Notes under the pieces: model-generated
Database searches by the model: none
Told to the model about the DNA's origin: nothing
Seen by the model: only the letters and a program-made list of their open reading frames with translations
In this document: piece by piece, positions 14,558 to 25,803 of the stretch
Layout of the letters: the number at the start of each line of letters is the position of its first letter
Numbering within the stretch: position 1 is the first letter of the stretch
From: Escherichia coli
GTDB lineage: Bacteria; Pseudomonadota; Gammaproteobacteria; Enterobacterales; Enterobacteriaceae
NCBI RefSeq assembly: GCF_013122565.1
Contig: NZ_CP053258.1
Direction: 5' to 3' (one strand)
Length of the DNA: 64,000 bases
Position numbers and translations under genes: made by a program

Positions 14558-15111
14558 AAGAGCAAGGTTTTTCTCTGCTGGAAGTGTTGATTGCTATGGC
14601 GATCAGTAGCGTATTGTTGCTGGGGGCAGCACGCTTTCTGCCAGCGTTACAGCGTGAAAGTTTAACGAGCACCCGTAAGCTGGCGCTGGAAGATGAAATC
14701 TGGCTGCGGGTATTTACCGTCGCGAAGCATCTCCAGAGGGCGGGTTATTGTCATGGCAGCTGTACCGGCGAAGGGCTGGAAATTGTCGGACAGGGTGACT
14801 GTGTCATTGTGCAGTGGGATGCGAACAGTAACGGTATCTGGGATCGCGAACCGGTAAAAGAGTCCGACCAGATTGGATTTCGTCTGAAGGAGCATGTGCT
14901 GGAAACGCTACGCGGTGCGACATCCTGTGAAGGTAAGGGCTGGGATAAAGTCACTAATCCGGATGCCATCATTATCGACACTTTTCAGGTCGTACGTCAG
15001 GATGTCAGCGGCTTCTCGCCGGTGTTGACGGTTAATATGCGTGCTGCCAGTAAGTCTGAACCGCAAACCGTGGTGAATGCCAGCTATAGCGTGACAGGAT
15101 TCAACCTGTGA
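14548..15111 (+). CDS. ppdB: Prepilin peptidase-dependent protein B
   Basis: Start chosen at [19 protein letters not shown] (ATG 14548), which has a prepilin leader; the track ORF from 14308 is an in-frame upstream extension overlapping ppdA. Confidence 0.85.
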
Positions 15112-15515
15112 ACCGCGAAAAGGGTGTTTCGTCACTGGCTCTGGTCCTGATGTTGCTGGTTTTGGGTAGCTTGCTATTACAAGGAATGAGCCAACAGGAT
15201 CGCAGTTTTGCCTCTCGCGTGAGCATGGAAAGTCAGTCATTGCGCCGCCAGGCCATCGTTCAGTCGGCGCTGGCGTGGGGAAAAATGCACTCCTGGCAGA
15301 CGCAGCCAGCAGTTCAGTGCTCGCAGTACGCTGGAACCGATGCTCGGGTTTGTTTGCGTTTATTGGCAGATAATGAAGCCTTATTGATTGCCGGTTATGA
15401 AGGCGTTTCGTTGTGGCGAACAGGTGAAGTCATCGATGGAAACATTGGTTTTTCGCCACGCGGCTGGAGCGATTTTTGTCCGCTGAAAGAGGGGGCGTTA
15501 TGTCAGCTTCCCTGA
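15108..15515 (+). CDS. ygdB: Putative pseudopilin-associated protein
   Basis: 135 aa with N-terminal hydrophobic segment; overlaps ppdB stop (ATGA-type coupling); synteny. Confidence 0.8.
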   Translation: MNREKGVSSLALVLMLLVLGSLLLQGMSQQDRSFASRVSMESQSLRRQAIVQSALAWGKMHSWQTQPAVQCSQYAGTDARVCLRLLADNEALLIAGYEGVSLWRTGEVIDGNIGFSPRGWSDFCPLKEGALCQLP

Positions 15516-15823
15516 AGAATCAACAAGGCTTTAGCCTGCCGGAGGTAATGTTGGCGATGGTGTTGATGGTGGTGATTGTCACTGCGTTATCGGGTTTCCA
15601 GCGAACATTAATGAACAGTCTTGCCAGCAGAAACCAGTACCAACAGCTCTGGCGGCATGGTTGGCAGCAAACGCAACTGCGCGCGATTTCGCCACCTGCA
15701 AACTGGCAGGTCAACCGAATGCAGACATCGCAGGCGGGATGTGTCAGCATCAGCGTTACGCTAGTTTCACCCGGGGGCAATGCAGGCGAGATGACCCGCC
15801 TGCATTGCCCGAATCGTCAGTAG
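15500..15823 (+). CDS. ppdC: Prepilin peptidase-dependent protein C
   Basis: Start at [20 protein letters not shown] (ATG 15500) with a prepilin motif; 107 aa. Confidence 0.85.
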   Translation: MSASLKNQQGFSLPEVMLAMVLMVVIVTALSGFQRTLMNSLASRNQYQQLWRHGWQQTQLRAISPPANWQVNRMQTSQAGCVSISVTLVSPGGNAGEMTRLHCPNRQ

Positions 15824-15835
15824 TCAGGAGCCGCT

Positions 15836-18800
15836 ATGTTAAGGGTCTACCATTCCAATCGTCTGGACGTGCTGGAAGCGTTGATGGAGTTTATTGTCGA
15901 ACGCGAACGGCTGGACGATCCTTTCGAACCAGAGATGATTCTGGTGCAAAGTACCGGTATGGCACAGTGGCTGCAAATGACCCTGTCGCAAAAGTTTGGT
16001 ATTGCGGCAAACATTGATTTTCCGCTGCCAGCGAGCTTTATCTGGGATATGTTCGTCCGGGTGTTACCGGAGATCCCCAAAGAGAGTGCCTTTAACAAAC
16101 AGAGCATGAGCTGGAAACTGATGACTCTGCTGCCGCAATTGCTGGATCGCGAAGACTTTACCCTGCTGCGGCATTATCTGACTGACGATAGCGACAAGCG
16201 AAAACTGTTCCAGCTTTCCTCAAAAGCGGCGGACCTGTTTGACCAGTATCTGGTCTATCGTCCGGACTGGCTGGCACAGTGGGAAACAGGACATTTGGTT
16301 GAAGGGCTGGGAGAGGCACAGGCCTGGCAAGCGCCGTTGTGGAAGGCGCTGGTGGAATATACACATGAACTCGGACAACCGCGCTGGCACCGCGCCAATC
16401 TCTATCAGCGCTTTATCGAAACGCTGGAGTCCGCGACGACCTGCCCGCCGGGGTTACCTTCGCGCGTCTTTATATGCGGTATTTCCGCGTTACCGCCTGT
16501 TTATCTCCAGGCGCTCCAGGCGCTGGGTAAACATATTGAAATCCATCTCCTGTTTACCAACCCTTGCCGTTATTACTGGGGCGATATTAAAGATCCTGCT
16601 TATCTGGCGAAACTGCTGACCCGCCAGCGTCGACACAGTTTTGAAGATCGCGAATTGCCGCTATTTCGCGATAGCGAAAATGCCGGACAGCTCTTTAACA
16701 GCGACGGTGAACAGGATGTCGGCAACCCGCTACTGGCCTCCTGGGGCAAGTTGGGGCGCGACTATATCTATCTCCTTTCCGATCTGGAGAACAGTCAGGA
16801 GCTGGACGCCTTTGTCGATGTCACGCCAGATAACCTGCTGCATAACATTCAGTCTGACATTCTGGAACTGGAAAACCGCGCCGTTGCTGGTGTGAACATC
16901 GAAGAATTTTCTCGTAGCGATAACAAACGCCCGCTTGATCCACAAGATAACAGCGTCACCTTCCACGTATGCCACAGCCCGCAGCGTGAAGTTGAAGTTT
17001 TACACGATCGCCTGCTGGCGATGCTGGAGGAAGACCCGACACTTACTCCGCGCGACATCATCGTGATGGTGGCTGATATCGACAGCTACAGTCCGTTTAT
17101 TCAGGCTGTGTTTGGTAGCGCACCTGCGGATCGTTACCTGCCTTACGCCATTTCCGACCGTCGGGCGCGGCAGTCGCATCCTGTACTTGAAGCGTTTATC
17201 AGCCTGTTATCGTTGCCAGACAGCCGCTTTGTGTCGGAAGACGTGCTGGCATTACTGGATGTGCCGGTGCTGGCGGCGCGGTTTGACATCACCGAAGAAG
17301 GGCTGCGTTATTTACGCCAGTGGGTCAACGAATCCGGCATTCGTTGGGGGATAGATGACGACAACGTTCGCGAGCTGGAACTCCCCGCCACCGGACAACA
17401 CACCTGGCGATTTGGCCTGACGCGTATGTTGTTGGGTTACGCGATGGAGAGCGCGCAGGGCGAGTGGCAATCGGTTCTACCTTATGATGAATCGAGCGGC
17501 TTAATTGCAGAACTGGTGGGGCATCTGGCTTCCCTGCTAATGCAGCTAAACATCTGGCGTCGCGGGCTGGCACAGGAGCGTCCGCTGGAAGAGTGGTTGC
17601 CGGTTTGTCGCGATATGCTCAACGCCTTCTTCCTGCCGGATGCGGAAACCGAAGCGGCGATGACGCTGATCGAACAACAATGGCAGGCGATTATCGCCGA
17701 AGGTTTAGGTGCGCAGTATGGCGACGCGGTGCCGCTGTCACTATTGCGTGATGAACTGGCACAGCGTCTGGATCAAGAACGTATCAGCCAGCGTTTTCTC
17801 GCCGGACCGGTTAACATTTGTACTCTGATGCCAATGCGTTCAATTCCGTTCAAAGTGGTTTGCCTGCTGGGAATGAACGACGGCGTTTATCCACGTCAGC
17901 TTGCGCCATTGGGCTTTGACCTGATGAGCCAGAAACCGAAGCGTGGCGACCGTAGCCGTCGCGATGACGACCGCTACCTGTTCCTGGAAGCGTTAATTTC
18001 CGCGCAGCAAAAACTCTATATCAGCTATATCGGGCGTTCCATTCAGGATAACAGTGAACGTTTCCCGTCGGTACTGGTGCAGGAACTGATCGACTACATC
18101 GGGCAAAGTCATTATCTACCGGGCGATGAAGCGCTCAACTGTGATGAAAGCGAGGCAAGGGTAAAAGCGCATCTTACTTGCCTCCATACCCGGATGCCGT
18201 TTGATCCGCAAAACTACCAGCCAGGCGAACGACAAAGCTATGCTCGTGAATGGCTACCTGCGGCCAGCCAGGCTGGTAAAGCACATTCTGAATTTGTTCA
18301 GCCGCTGCCGTTTACCTTACCGGAAACCGTGCCGCTGGAAACGCTACAACGATTCTGGGCACATCCGGTGCGGGCGTTCTTCCAGATGCGTTTGCAGGTG
18401 AACTTCCGTACTGAAGACAGCGAAATCCCCGACACCGAGCCATTTATTCTGGAAGGGCTTAGCCGTTATCAAATCAATCAGCAGTTATTGAATGCACTGG
18501 TTGAGCAGGATGATGCCGAACGCTTGTTCCGCCGCTTCCGGGCGGCAGGGGATTTACCGTATGGCGCTTTTGGTGAAATTTTCTGGGAAACACAGTGCCA
18601 GGAGATGCAGCAGCTTGCCGACAGAGTCATTGCCTGTCGCCAGCCGGGGCAGAGTATGGAAATTGATCTCGCCTGCAACGGTGTGCAGATAACTGGCTGG
18701 TTGCCGCAGGTGCAGCCGGATGGCCTGTTGCGCTGGCGTCCCTCTTTATTAAGTGTGGCGCAGGGAATGCAACTTTGGCTGGAACACCTTGTCTACTGTG

Positions 18801-19204
18801 CCAGCGGTGGTAATGGTGAAAGTCGCCTTTTTCTACGCAAAGACGGCGAGTGGCGTTTTCCGCCGCTTGCAGCCGAACAGGCTTTGCATTACCTCTCACA
18901 ACTGATTGAGGGGTATCGTGAAGGGATGTCCGCGCCATTGCTGGTGTTACCTGAAAGTGGCGGCGCGTGGCTAAAAACCTGTTATGACGCGCAAAACGAT
19001 GCCATGCTGGATGACGATTCCACGTTGCAAAAAGCCCGTACGAAATTCCTTCAGGCTTACGAAGGCAACATGATGGTGCGTGGCGAAGGTGATGATATCT
19101 GGTATCAAAGGCTCTGGCGGCAATTAACACCAGAGACAATGGAGGCCATCGTTGAACAGTCGCAACGTTTCCTGTTACCGCTGTTTCGCTTTAATCAGTC
19201 ATGA
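15836..19204 (+). CDS. recC: Exodeoxyribonuclease V gamma subunit RecC
   Basis: 1122 aa ORF directly downstream of the ppd genes; synteny with ptrA, recB and recD. Confidence 0.93.
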   Translation: MLRVYHSNRLDVLEALMEFIVERERLDDPFEPEMILVQSTGMAQWLQMTLSQKFGIAANIDFPLPASFIWDMFVRVLPEIPKESAFNKQSMSWKLMTLLPQLLDREDFTLLRHYLTDDSDKRKLFQLSSKAADLFDQYLVYRPDWLAQWETGHLVEGLGEAQAWQAPLWKALVEYTHELGQPRWHRANLYQRFIETLESATTCPPGLPSRVFICGISALPPVYLQALQALGKHIEIHLLFTNPCRYYWGDIKDPAYLAKLLTRQRRHSFEDRELPLFRDSENAGQLFNSDGEQDVGNPLLASWGKLGRDYIYLLSDLENSQELDAFVDVTPDNLLHNIQSDILELENRAVAGVNIEEFSRSDNKRPLDPQDNSVTFHVCHSPQREVEVLHDRLLAMLEEDPTLTPRDIIVMVADIDSYSPFIQAVFGSAPADRYLPYAISDRRARQSHPVLEAFISLLSLPDSRFVSEDVLALLDVPVLAARFDITEEGLRYLRQWVNESGIRWGIDDDNVRELELPATGQHTWRFGLTRMLLGYAMESAQGEWQSVLPYDESSGLIAELVGHLASLLMQLNIWRRGLAQERPLEEWLPVCRDMLNAFFLPDAETEAAMTLIEQQWQAIIAEGLGAQYGDAVPLSLLRDELAQRLDQERISQRFLAGPVNICTLMPMRSIPFKVVCLLGMNDGVYPRQLAPLGFDLMSQKPKRGDRSRRDDDRYLFLEALISAQQKLYISYIGRSIQDNSERFPSVLVQELIDYIGQSHYLPGDEALNCDESEARVKAHLTCLHTRMPFDPQNYQPGERQSYAREWLPAASQAGKAHSEFVQPLPFTLPETVPLETLQRFWAHPVRAFFQMRLQVNFRTEDSEIPDTEPFILEGLSRYQINQQLLNALVEQDDAERLFRRFRAAGDLPYGAFGEIFWETQCQEMQQLADRVIACRQPGQSMEIDLACNGVQITGWLPQVQPDGLLRWRPSLLSVAQGMQLWLEHLVYCASGGNGESRLFLRKDGEWRFPPLAAEQALHYLSQLIEGYREGMSAPLLVLPESGGAWLKTCYDAQNDAMLDDDSTLQKARTKFLQAYEGNMMVRGEGDDIWYQRLWRQLTPETMEAIVEQSQRFLLPLFRFNQS

Positions 19205-19379
19205 GTGCTGTATAAAAATTGCGCAATCTATCCGCTTACTTTATGATGCGCACCAGTCACGGACTGATGGTTATATAAACATAGGCTGACTCGTGCAGCA
19301 CCAGATTAAATTTTGGCAGATGATTTGCGTTAACCTGTTGAATCTGGCCAGAAAATAAAGTTGATTATGAGGTCCGTGA

Positions 19380-22268
19380 ATGCCCCGCAGCACCTGGTTT
19401 AAAGCATTATTGTTGTTTGTTGCCCTCTGGGCACCCTTAAGTCAGGCAGAAACGGGATGGCAGCCGATTCAGGAAACCATCCGTAAAAGTGATAAAGATA
19501 ACCGCCAGTATCAGGCTATACGTCTGGATAACGGTATGGTGGTCTTGCTGGTTTCTGATCCGCAGGCAGTTAAATCGCTATCGGCGCTGGTGGTGCCCGT
19601 TGGGTCGCTGGAAGATCCCGAGGCGTACCAGGGGCTGGCACATTACCTTGAACATATGAGTCTGATGGGGTCGAAAAAGTACCCGCAGGCTGACAGTCTG
19701 GCCGAATATCTCAAAATGCACGGCGGTAGTCACAATGCCAGCACTGCGCCGTATCGCACGGCTTTCTATCTGGAAGTTGAGAACGACGCCTTGCCCGGTG
19801 CGGTAGACCGCCTGGCCGATGCTATTGCAGAACCCTTGCTCGACAAGAAATACGCCGAACGTGAGCGTAATGCAGTGAACGCTGAATTAACCATGGCGCG
19901 TACGCGTGACGGGATGCGCATGGCACAGGTCAGCGCAGAAACCATTAACCCGGCACACCCCGGTTCAAAGTTTTCTGGTGGTAACCTCGAAACTTTAAGC
20001 GATAAACCTGGTAATCCGGTGCAGCAGGCGCTGAAAGATTTCCACGAGAAGTACTATTCCGCCAATTTGATGAAGGCGGTTATTTACAGTAATAAACCGC
20101 TGCCGGAGTTGGCAAAAATGGCGGCGGACACCTTTGGTCGCGTGCCGAACAAAGAGAGCAAAAAACCGGAAATCACCGTGCCGGTAGTCACCGACGCGCA
20201 AAAGGGCATTATCATTCATTACGTCCCAGCGCTGCCGCGTAAAGTTCTGCGCGTTGAGTTTCGCATCGATAACAACTCAGCGAAGTTCCGCAGTAAAACG
20301 GATGAATTGATTACCTATCTGATTGGTAATCGCAGCCCAGGTACACTTTCTGACTGGCTGCAAAAGCAGGGATTAGTTGAGGGCATTAGCGCCAACTCCG
20401 ATCCTATCGTCAACGGCAACAGCGGTGTATTAGCGATCTCTGCGTCTTTAACCGATAAAGGTCTGGCGAATCGCGATCAGGTTGTGGCGGCCATTTTTAG
20501 CTACCTCAATCTGTTACGTGAAAAAGGGATCGATAAACAATACTTTGATGAACTGGCGAATGTGCTGGATATCGACTTCCGTTATCCGTCAATCACCCGT
20601 GATATGGATTACGTCGAATGGCTGGCAGATACCATGATTCGCGTTCCGGTTGAGCATACGCTGGATGCAGTCAATATTGCCGATCGGTACGATGCTAAAG
20701 CAGTAAAAGAACGTCTGGCGATGATGACGCCGCAGAATGCGCGTATCTGGTATATCAGCCCGAAAGAGCCGCACAATAAAACGGCTTATTTTGTCGATGC
20801 GCCGTATCAGGTCGATAAAATCAGCGAACAAACTTTCGCTGACTGGCAGCAAAAAGCTGCCAATATTGCGCTCTCCTTACCGGAGCTTAACCCCTATATT
20901 CCTGACGATTTCTCGCTGATTAAGTCAGAGAAGAAATATGACCATCCAGAGCTGATTGTTGATGAGTCGAATCTGCGCGTGGTGTATGCGCCAAGCCGTT
21001 ATTTTTCCAGCGAACCCAAAGCTGATGTCAGCCTGATTTTGCGTAATCCGAAAGCCATGGACAGCGCCCGCAATCAGGTGATGTTTGCGCTCAATGATTA
21101 TCTCGCAGGGCTGGCGCTTGATCAGTTAAGCAACCAGGCGTCGGTTGGTGGCATAAGTTTTTCCACCAACGCTAACAACGGCCTTATGGTTAATGCTAAT
21201 GGTTACACCCAGCGTCTGCCGCAGCTGTTCCAGGCATTGCTGGAGGGCTACTTTAGCTATACCGCCACGGAAGATCAGCTTCAGCAGGCAAAGTCCTGGT
21301 ATAACCAGATGATGGATTCCGCAGAAAAGGGCAAAGCGTTCGAGCAGGCGATTATGCCCGCGCAGATGCTCTCGCAAGTGCCGTACTTCTCGCGAGATGA
21401 ACGGCGCAAAATTTTGCCCTCCATTACGTTGAAAGAGGTACTGGCCTATCGCGACGCCTTAAAATCAGGGGCTCGACCAGAGTTTATGGTTATCGGCAAT
21501 ATGACCGAGGACCAGGCAACAACGCTGGCACGCGATGTGCAAAAACAGTTGGGCGCTGATGGTTCAGAGTGGTGTCGTAACAAAGATGTCGTGGTCGATA
21601 AAAAACAATCCGTCATCTTTGAAAAAGCTGGTAACAGCACCGACTCCGCACTGGCAGCGGTATTTGTACCGACTGGCTACGATGAATACACCAGCTCAGC
21701 CTATAGCTCTCTGTTGGGGCAGATCGTACAGCCGTGGTTCTACAATCAGTTGCGTACCGAAGAACAGTTGGGCTATGCCGTGTTTGCGTTTCCAATGAGC
21801 GTGGGGCGTCAGTGGGGCATGGGCTTCCTTTTGCAAAGCAATGATAAACAGCCTTCATTCTTGTGGGAGCGTTACAAGGCGTTTTTCCCAACCGCAGAGG
21901 CAAAATTGCGGGCGATGAAGCCAGAAGAGTTTGCGCAAATCCAGCAGGCGGTAATTACCCAGATGCTGCAGGCACCGCAAACGCTCGGCGAAGAAGCATC
22001 GAAGTTAAGTAAAGATTTCGATCGCGGCAATATGCGCTTCGATTCGCGTGATAAAATCGTGGCCCAGATAAAACTGCTGACGCCGCAAAAACTTGCTGAT
22101 TTCTTCCATCAGGCGGTGGTCGAGCCGCAAGGCATGGCTATTCTGTCGCAGATTTCCGGCAGCCAGAACGGGAAAGCCGAATATGTGCATCCTGAAGGCT
22201 GGAAAGTGTGGGAGAACGTCAGCGCGTTGCAGCAAACAATGCCCCTGATGAGTGAAAAGAATGAGTGA
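19380..22268 (+). CDS. ptrA: Protease III (pitrilysin), M16 zinc metalloprotease
   Basis: 962 aa; signal peptide; inverted zinc motif HYLEHM present. Confidence 0.93.
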   Translation: MPRSTWFKALLLFVALWAPLSQAETGWQPIQETIRKSDKDNRQYQAIRLDNGMVVLLVSDPQAVKSLSALVVPVGSLEDPEAYQGLAHYLEHMSLMGSKKYPQADSLAEYLKMHGGSHNASTAPYRTAFYLEVENDALPGAVDRLADAIAEPLLDKKYAERERNAVNAELTMARTRDGMRMAQVSAETINPAHPGSKFSGGNLETLSDKPGNPVQQALKDFHEKYYSANLMKAVIYSNKPLPELAKMAADTFGRVPNKESKKPEITVPVVTDAQKGIIIHYVPALPRKVLRVEFRIDNNSAKFRSKTDELITYLIGNRSPGTLSDWLQKQGLVEGISANSDPIVNGNSGVLAISASLTDKGLANRDQVVAAIFSYLNLLREKGIDKQYFDELANVLDIDFRYPSITRDMDYVEWLADTMIRVPVEHTLDAVNIADRYDAKAVKERLAMMTPQNARIWYISPKEPHNKTAYFVDAPYQVDKISEQTFADWQQKAANIALSLPELNPYIPDDFSLIKSEKKYDHPELIVDESNLRVVYAPSRYFSSEPKADVSLILRNPKAMDSARNQVMFALNDYLAGLALDQLSNQASVGGISFSTNANNGLMVNANGYTQRLPQLFQALLEGYFSYTATEDQLQQAKSWYNQMMDSAEKGKAFEQAIMPAQMLSQVPYFSRDERRKILPSITLKEVLAYRDALKSGARPEFMVIGNMTEDQATTLARDVQKQLGADGSEWCRNKDVVVDKKQSVIFEKAGNSTDSALAAVFVPTGYDEYTSSAYSSLLGQIVQPWFYNQLRTEEQLGYAVFAFPMSVGRQWGMGFLLQSNDKQPSFLWERYKAFFPTAEAKLRAMKPEEFAQIQQAVITQMLQAPQTLGEEASKLSKDFDRGNMRFDSRDKIVAQIKLLTPQKLADFFHQAVVEPQGMAILSQISGSQNGKAEYVHPEGWKVWENVSALQQTMPLMSEKNE

Positions 22269-25200
22269 TGTCGCCGAGACACTAGATCCTTTGCGCTTGC
22301 CCTTACAAGGCGAGCGCCTGATTGAAGCCTCTGCCGGCACAGGCAAAACCTTTACGATTGCGGCGCTCTATTTGCGCCTGTTACTTGGACTAGGCGGTTC
22401 CGCCGCCTTTCCCCGCCCGCTGACCGTTGAAGAACTGCTGGTGGTCACCTTTACCGAGGCTGCCACGGCAGAATTGCGCGGTCGTATCCGTAGCAATATC
22501 CACGAGTTGCGCATCGCCTGTCTGCGTGAAACCACCGACAATCCACTGTACGAACGCCTGCTGGAAGAGATCGACGATAAAGCGCAAGCCGCGCAGTGGT
22601 TGTTGTTAGCCGAACGGCAGATGGATGAAGCGGCAGTCTTTACTATTCACGGCTTTTGCCAGCGCATGCTCAACCTGAATGCCTTTGAATCCGGCATGCT
22701 GTTTGAGCAGCAGCTGATTGAAGATGAGTCTCTGCTACGCTACCAGGCCTGCGCCGATTTCTGGCGTCGCCACTGCTACCCGCTGCCGCGTGAAATAGCC
22801 CAGGTCGTCTTTGAAACCTGGAAAGGGCCGCAGGCGTTGCTGCGCGATATTAATCGTTACCTGCAAGGCGAAGCGCCGGTTATCAAAGCACCGCCGCCCG
22901 ATGATGAAACGCTGGCTTCCCGCCACGCGCAAATTGTGGCGCGTATTGATACGGTAAAACAGCAGTGGCGCGACGCAGCGGGTGAACTGGATGCGCTGAT
23001 CGAATCTTCTGGTATTGATCGACGCAAGTTTAACCGTAGCAATCAGGCTAAATGGATCGAGAAGATCAGCGCCTGGGCAGAAGAAGAGACCAACAGTTAT
23101 CAGTTGCCAGAGTCGCTGGAAAAATTCTCTCAGCGTTTCTTAGAAGATCGCACGAAAGCCGGGGGGGAAACCCCACGACATCCACTGTTTGAGGCGATCG
23201 ATCAACTGCTTGCAGAACCATTGTCGATCCGCGATCTGGTGATCACCCGCGCATTGGCTGAGATCCGCGAAACAGTAGCGCGCGAAAAACGTCGTCGTGG
23301 CGAATTGGGTTTTGACGACATGTTAAGTCGGCTCGATTCCGCGCTGCGTAGCGAAAGCGGCGAGGTGTTGGCAGCGGCGATCCGTACGCGATTCCCGGTG
23401 GCAATGATCGATGAATTTCAGGATACCGACCCCCAGCAGTACCGAATTTTTCGCCATATCTGGCACCATCAGCCGGAAACCGCATTGTTGCTAATTGGCG
23501 ACCCGAAGCAGGCCATATATGCATTCCGGGGTGCGGATATCTTCACTTATATGAAGGCGCGTAGCGAAGTTCACGCCCACTACACTTTAGACACCAACTG
23601 GCGTTCCGCACCAGGAATGGTGAACAGCGTGAACAAGCTTTTCAGCCAGACTGATGACGCGTTCATATTTCGCGAAATACCGTTTATTCCAGTGAAATCA
23701 GCCGGGAAAAATCAGGCGTTACGTTTTGTATTTAAAGGTGAAACGCAGCCTGCGATGAAAATGTGGCTGATGGAAGGCGAAAGCTGCGGCGTTGGCGACT
23801 ATCAAAGTACCATGGCGCAGGTATGTGCTGCGCAAATCCGCGACTGGCTACAAGCCGGACAGCGGGGCGAAGCGTTGCTGATGAACGGCGACGAAGCGCG
23901 TCCGGTGCGTGCTTCGGACATCAGTGTGCTGGTGCGCAGCCGCCAGGAGGCCGCCCAGGTGCGCGATGCCTTAACGTTGCTGGAAATCCCTTCCGTTTAC
24001 CTTTCGAACCGCGACAGTGTTTTTGAAACTCTGGAAGCGCAGGAAATGCTTTGGTTGTTGCAGGCGGTGATGACGCCCGAACGTGAGAACACCCTGCGCA
24101 GTGCGCTGGCAACGTCAATGATGGGGCTGAATGCGCTGGATATTGAAACGCTGAACAATGACGAACATGCGTGGGATGCGATAGTTGAAGAGTTCGATGG
24201 TTATCGGCAAATCTGGCGCAAACGTGGCGTTATGCCGATGCTGCGGGCGCTGATGTCGGCGCGTAACATTGCAGAAAACTTGCTGGCAACGGCAGGCGGT
24301 GAGCGGCGTCTTACCGATATCTTGCATATCAGCGAACTGCTTCAAGAAGCCGGAACGCAGCTGGAAAGTGAACATGCGCTGGTACGCTGGTTATCGCAAC
24401 ATATCCTCGAGCCAGACAGTAATGCCTCCAGCCAACAAATGCGCCTCGAAAGTGATAAACATCTTGTGCAGATTGTCACGATCCATAAATCAAAAGGGCT
24501 GGAATATCCGCTTGTCTGGTTGCCATTTATTACCAATTTCCGCGTCCAGGATCAGGCGTTTTATCACGATCGCCACTCGTTTGAGGCTGTTCTGGATCTT
24601 AACGCTGCGCCAGAAAGTGTCGATCTCGCGGAGGCCGAACGTCTGGCGGAAGATCTGCGTTTGCTTTACGTGGCGCTGACGCGTTCGGTTTGGCATTGTA
24701 GTCTCGGCGTTGCACCGCTGGTGCGCCGTCGTGGCGATAAAAAAGGTGACACCGACGTCCACCAAAGTGCGCTCGGGCGTTTGCTGCAAAAAGGGGAACC
24801 GCAAGATGCGGCAGGGCTTCGCACCTGTATTGAAGCGTTATGCGATGATGATATTGCCTGGCAAACGGCACAAACTGGTGATAACCAGCCCTGGCAGGTT
24901 AATGATGCTTTAACTGCAGAACTGAATGCGAGGACGCTACAACGATTGCCCGGCGATAACTGGCGTGTCACCAGCTACTCCGGATTGCAGCAGCGTGGTC
25001 ACGGTATCGCTCAGGATCTGATGCCACGGCTGGATGTTGATGCCGCAGGCGTGGTCAGCGTCGTTGACGAACCGACGTTAACACCTCATCAGTTCCCGCG
25101 CGGTGCGTCACCGGGGACATTCTTGCACAGTTTGTTTGAAGACCTCGATTTTACCCAGCCGGTTGACCCGAACTGGGTACAGGAAAAACTGGAACTCGGC

Positions 25201-25803
25201 GGCTTTGAATCGCAGTGGGAACCGGTGTTGACCGAGTGGATCACGGCTGTCCTCCAGGCACCTCTCAATGAAACCGGCGTAAGCCTGAGTCAACTTTCCG
25301 CCCGCAATAAACAGGTGGAGATGGAGTTTTATCTGCCGATTAGTGAACCGCTTATCGCCAGTCAGCTTGATACGTTAATCCGCCAGTTTGACCCGCTATC
25401 CGCTGGCTGCCCGCCGCTGGAGTTCATGCAGGTACGCGGCATGTTAAAAGGCTTTATCGACCTTGTGTTCCGCCACGAAGGGCGTTATTACCTGCTCGAT
25501 TATAAATCCAACTGGTTGGGTGAAGACAGTTCGGCTTACACCCAACAGGCTATGGCAGCGGCAATGCAGGCACACCGCTATGATCTGCAATATCAGCTTT
25601 ATACCCTGGCGCTGCATCGTTATCTGCGCCATCGCATTGCTGATTACGACTATGAGCGCCACTTTGGCGGCGTTATTTATCTGTTCCTGCGTGGCGTTGA
25701 TAAAGAACATCCGCAACAGGGGATTTACACAACCCGACCCAACGCCGAGTTGATTGCCCTGATGGATGAGATGTTTGCCGGTATGACCCTGGAGGAGGCG
25801 TAA
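22261..25803 (+). CDS. recB: Exodeoxyribonuclease V beta subunit RecB (helicase-nuclease)
   Basis: Start at [13 protein letters not shown] (ATG 22261), overlapping the ptrA stop by 8 nt; Walker A ASAGTGKT; 1180 aa. Confidence 0.93.
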   Translation: MSDVAETLDPLRLPLQGERLIEASAGTGKTFTIAALYLRLLLGLGGSAAFPRPLTVEELLVVTFTEAATAELRGRIRSNIHELRIACLRETTDNPLYERLLEEIDDKAQAAQWLLLAERQMDEAAVFTIHGFCQRMLNLNAFESGMLFEQQLIEDESLLRYQACADFWRRHCYPLPREIAQVVFETWKGPQALLRDINRYLQGEAPVIKAPPPDDETLASRHAQIVARIDTVKQQWRDAAGELDALIESSGIDRRKFNRSNQAKWIEKISAWAEEETNSYQLPESLEKFSQRFLEDRTKAGGETPRHPLFEAIDQLLAEPLSIRDLVITRALAEIRETVAREKRRRGELGFDDMLSRLDSALRSESGEVLAAAIRTRFPVAMIDEFQDTDPQQYRIFRHIWHHQPETALLLIGDPKQAIYAFRGADIFTYMKARSEVHAHYTLDTNWRSAPGMVNSVNKLFSQTDDAFIFREIPFIPVKSAGKNQALRFVFKGETQPAMKMWLMEGESCGVGDYQSTMAQVCAAQIRDWLQAGQRGEALLMNGDEARPVRASDISVLVRSRQEAAQVRDALTLLEIPSVYLSNRDSVFETLEAQEMLWLLQAVMTPERENTLRSALATSMMGLNALDIETLNNDEHAWDAIVEEFDGYRQIWRKRGVMPMLRALMSARNIAENLLATAGGERRLTDILHISELLQEAGTQLESEHALVRWLSQHILEPDSNASSQQMRLESDKHLVQIVTIHKSKGLEYPLVWLPFITNFRVQDQAFYHDRHSFEAVLDLNAAPESVDLAEAERLAEDLRLLYVALTRSVWHCSLGVAPLVRRRGDKKGDTDVHQSALGRLLQKGEPQDAAGLRTCIEALCDDDIAWQTAQTGDNQPWQVNDALTAELNARTLQRLPGDNWRVTSYSGLQQRGHGIAQDLMPRLDVDAAGVVSVVDEPTLTPHQFPRGASPGTFLHSLFEDLDFTQPVDPNWVQEKLELGGFESQWEPVLTEWITAVLQAPLNETGVSLSQLSARNKQVEMEFYLPISEPLIASQLDTLIRQFDPLSAGCPPLEFMQVRGMLKGFIDLVFRHEGRYYLLDYKSNWLGEDSSAYTQQAMAAAMQAHRYDLQYQLYTLALHRYLRHRIADYDYERHFGGVIYLFLRGVDKEHPQQGIYTTRPNAELIALMDEMFAGMTLEEA

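Noticed and set aside
19586-19593. Chi octamer GCTGGTGG (example inside ptrA); several others seen across the window
   Set aside because: Chi sites are common across E. coli core genome; I could not count them systematically by eye and saw no unusual clustering worth reporting as a feature.
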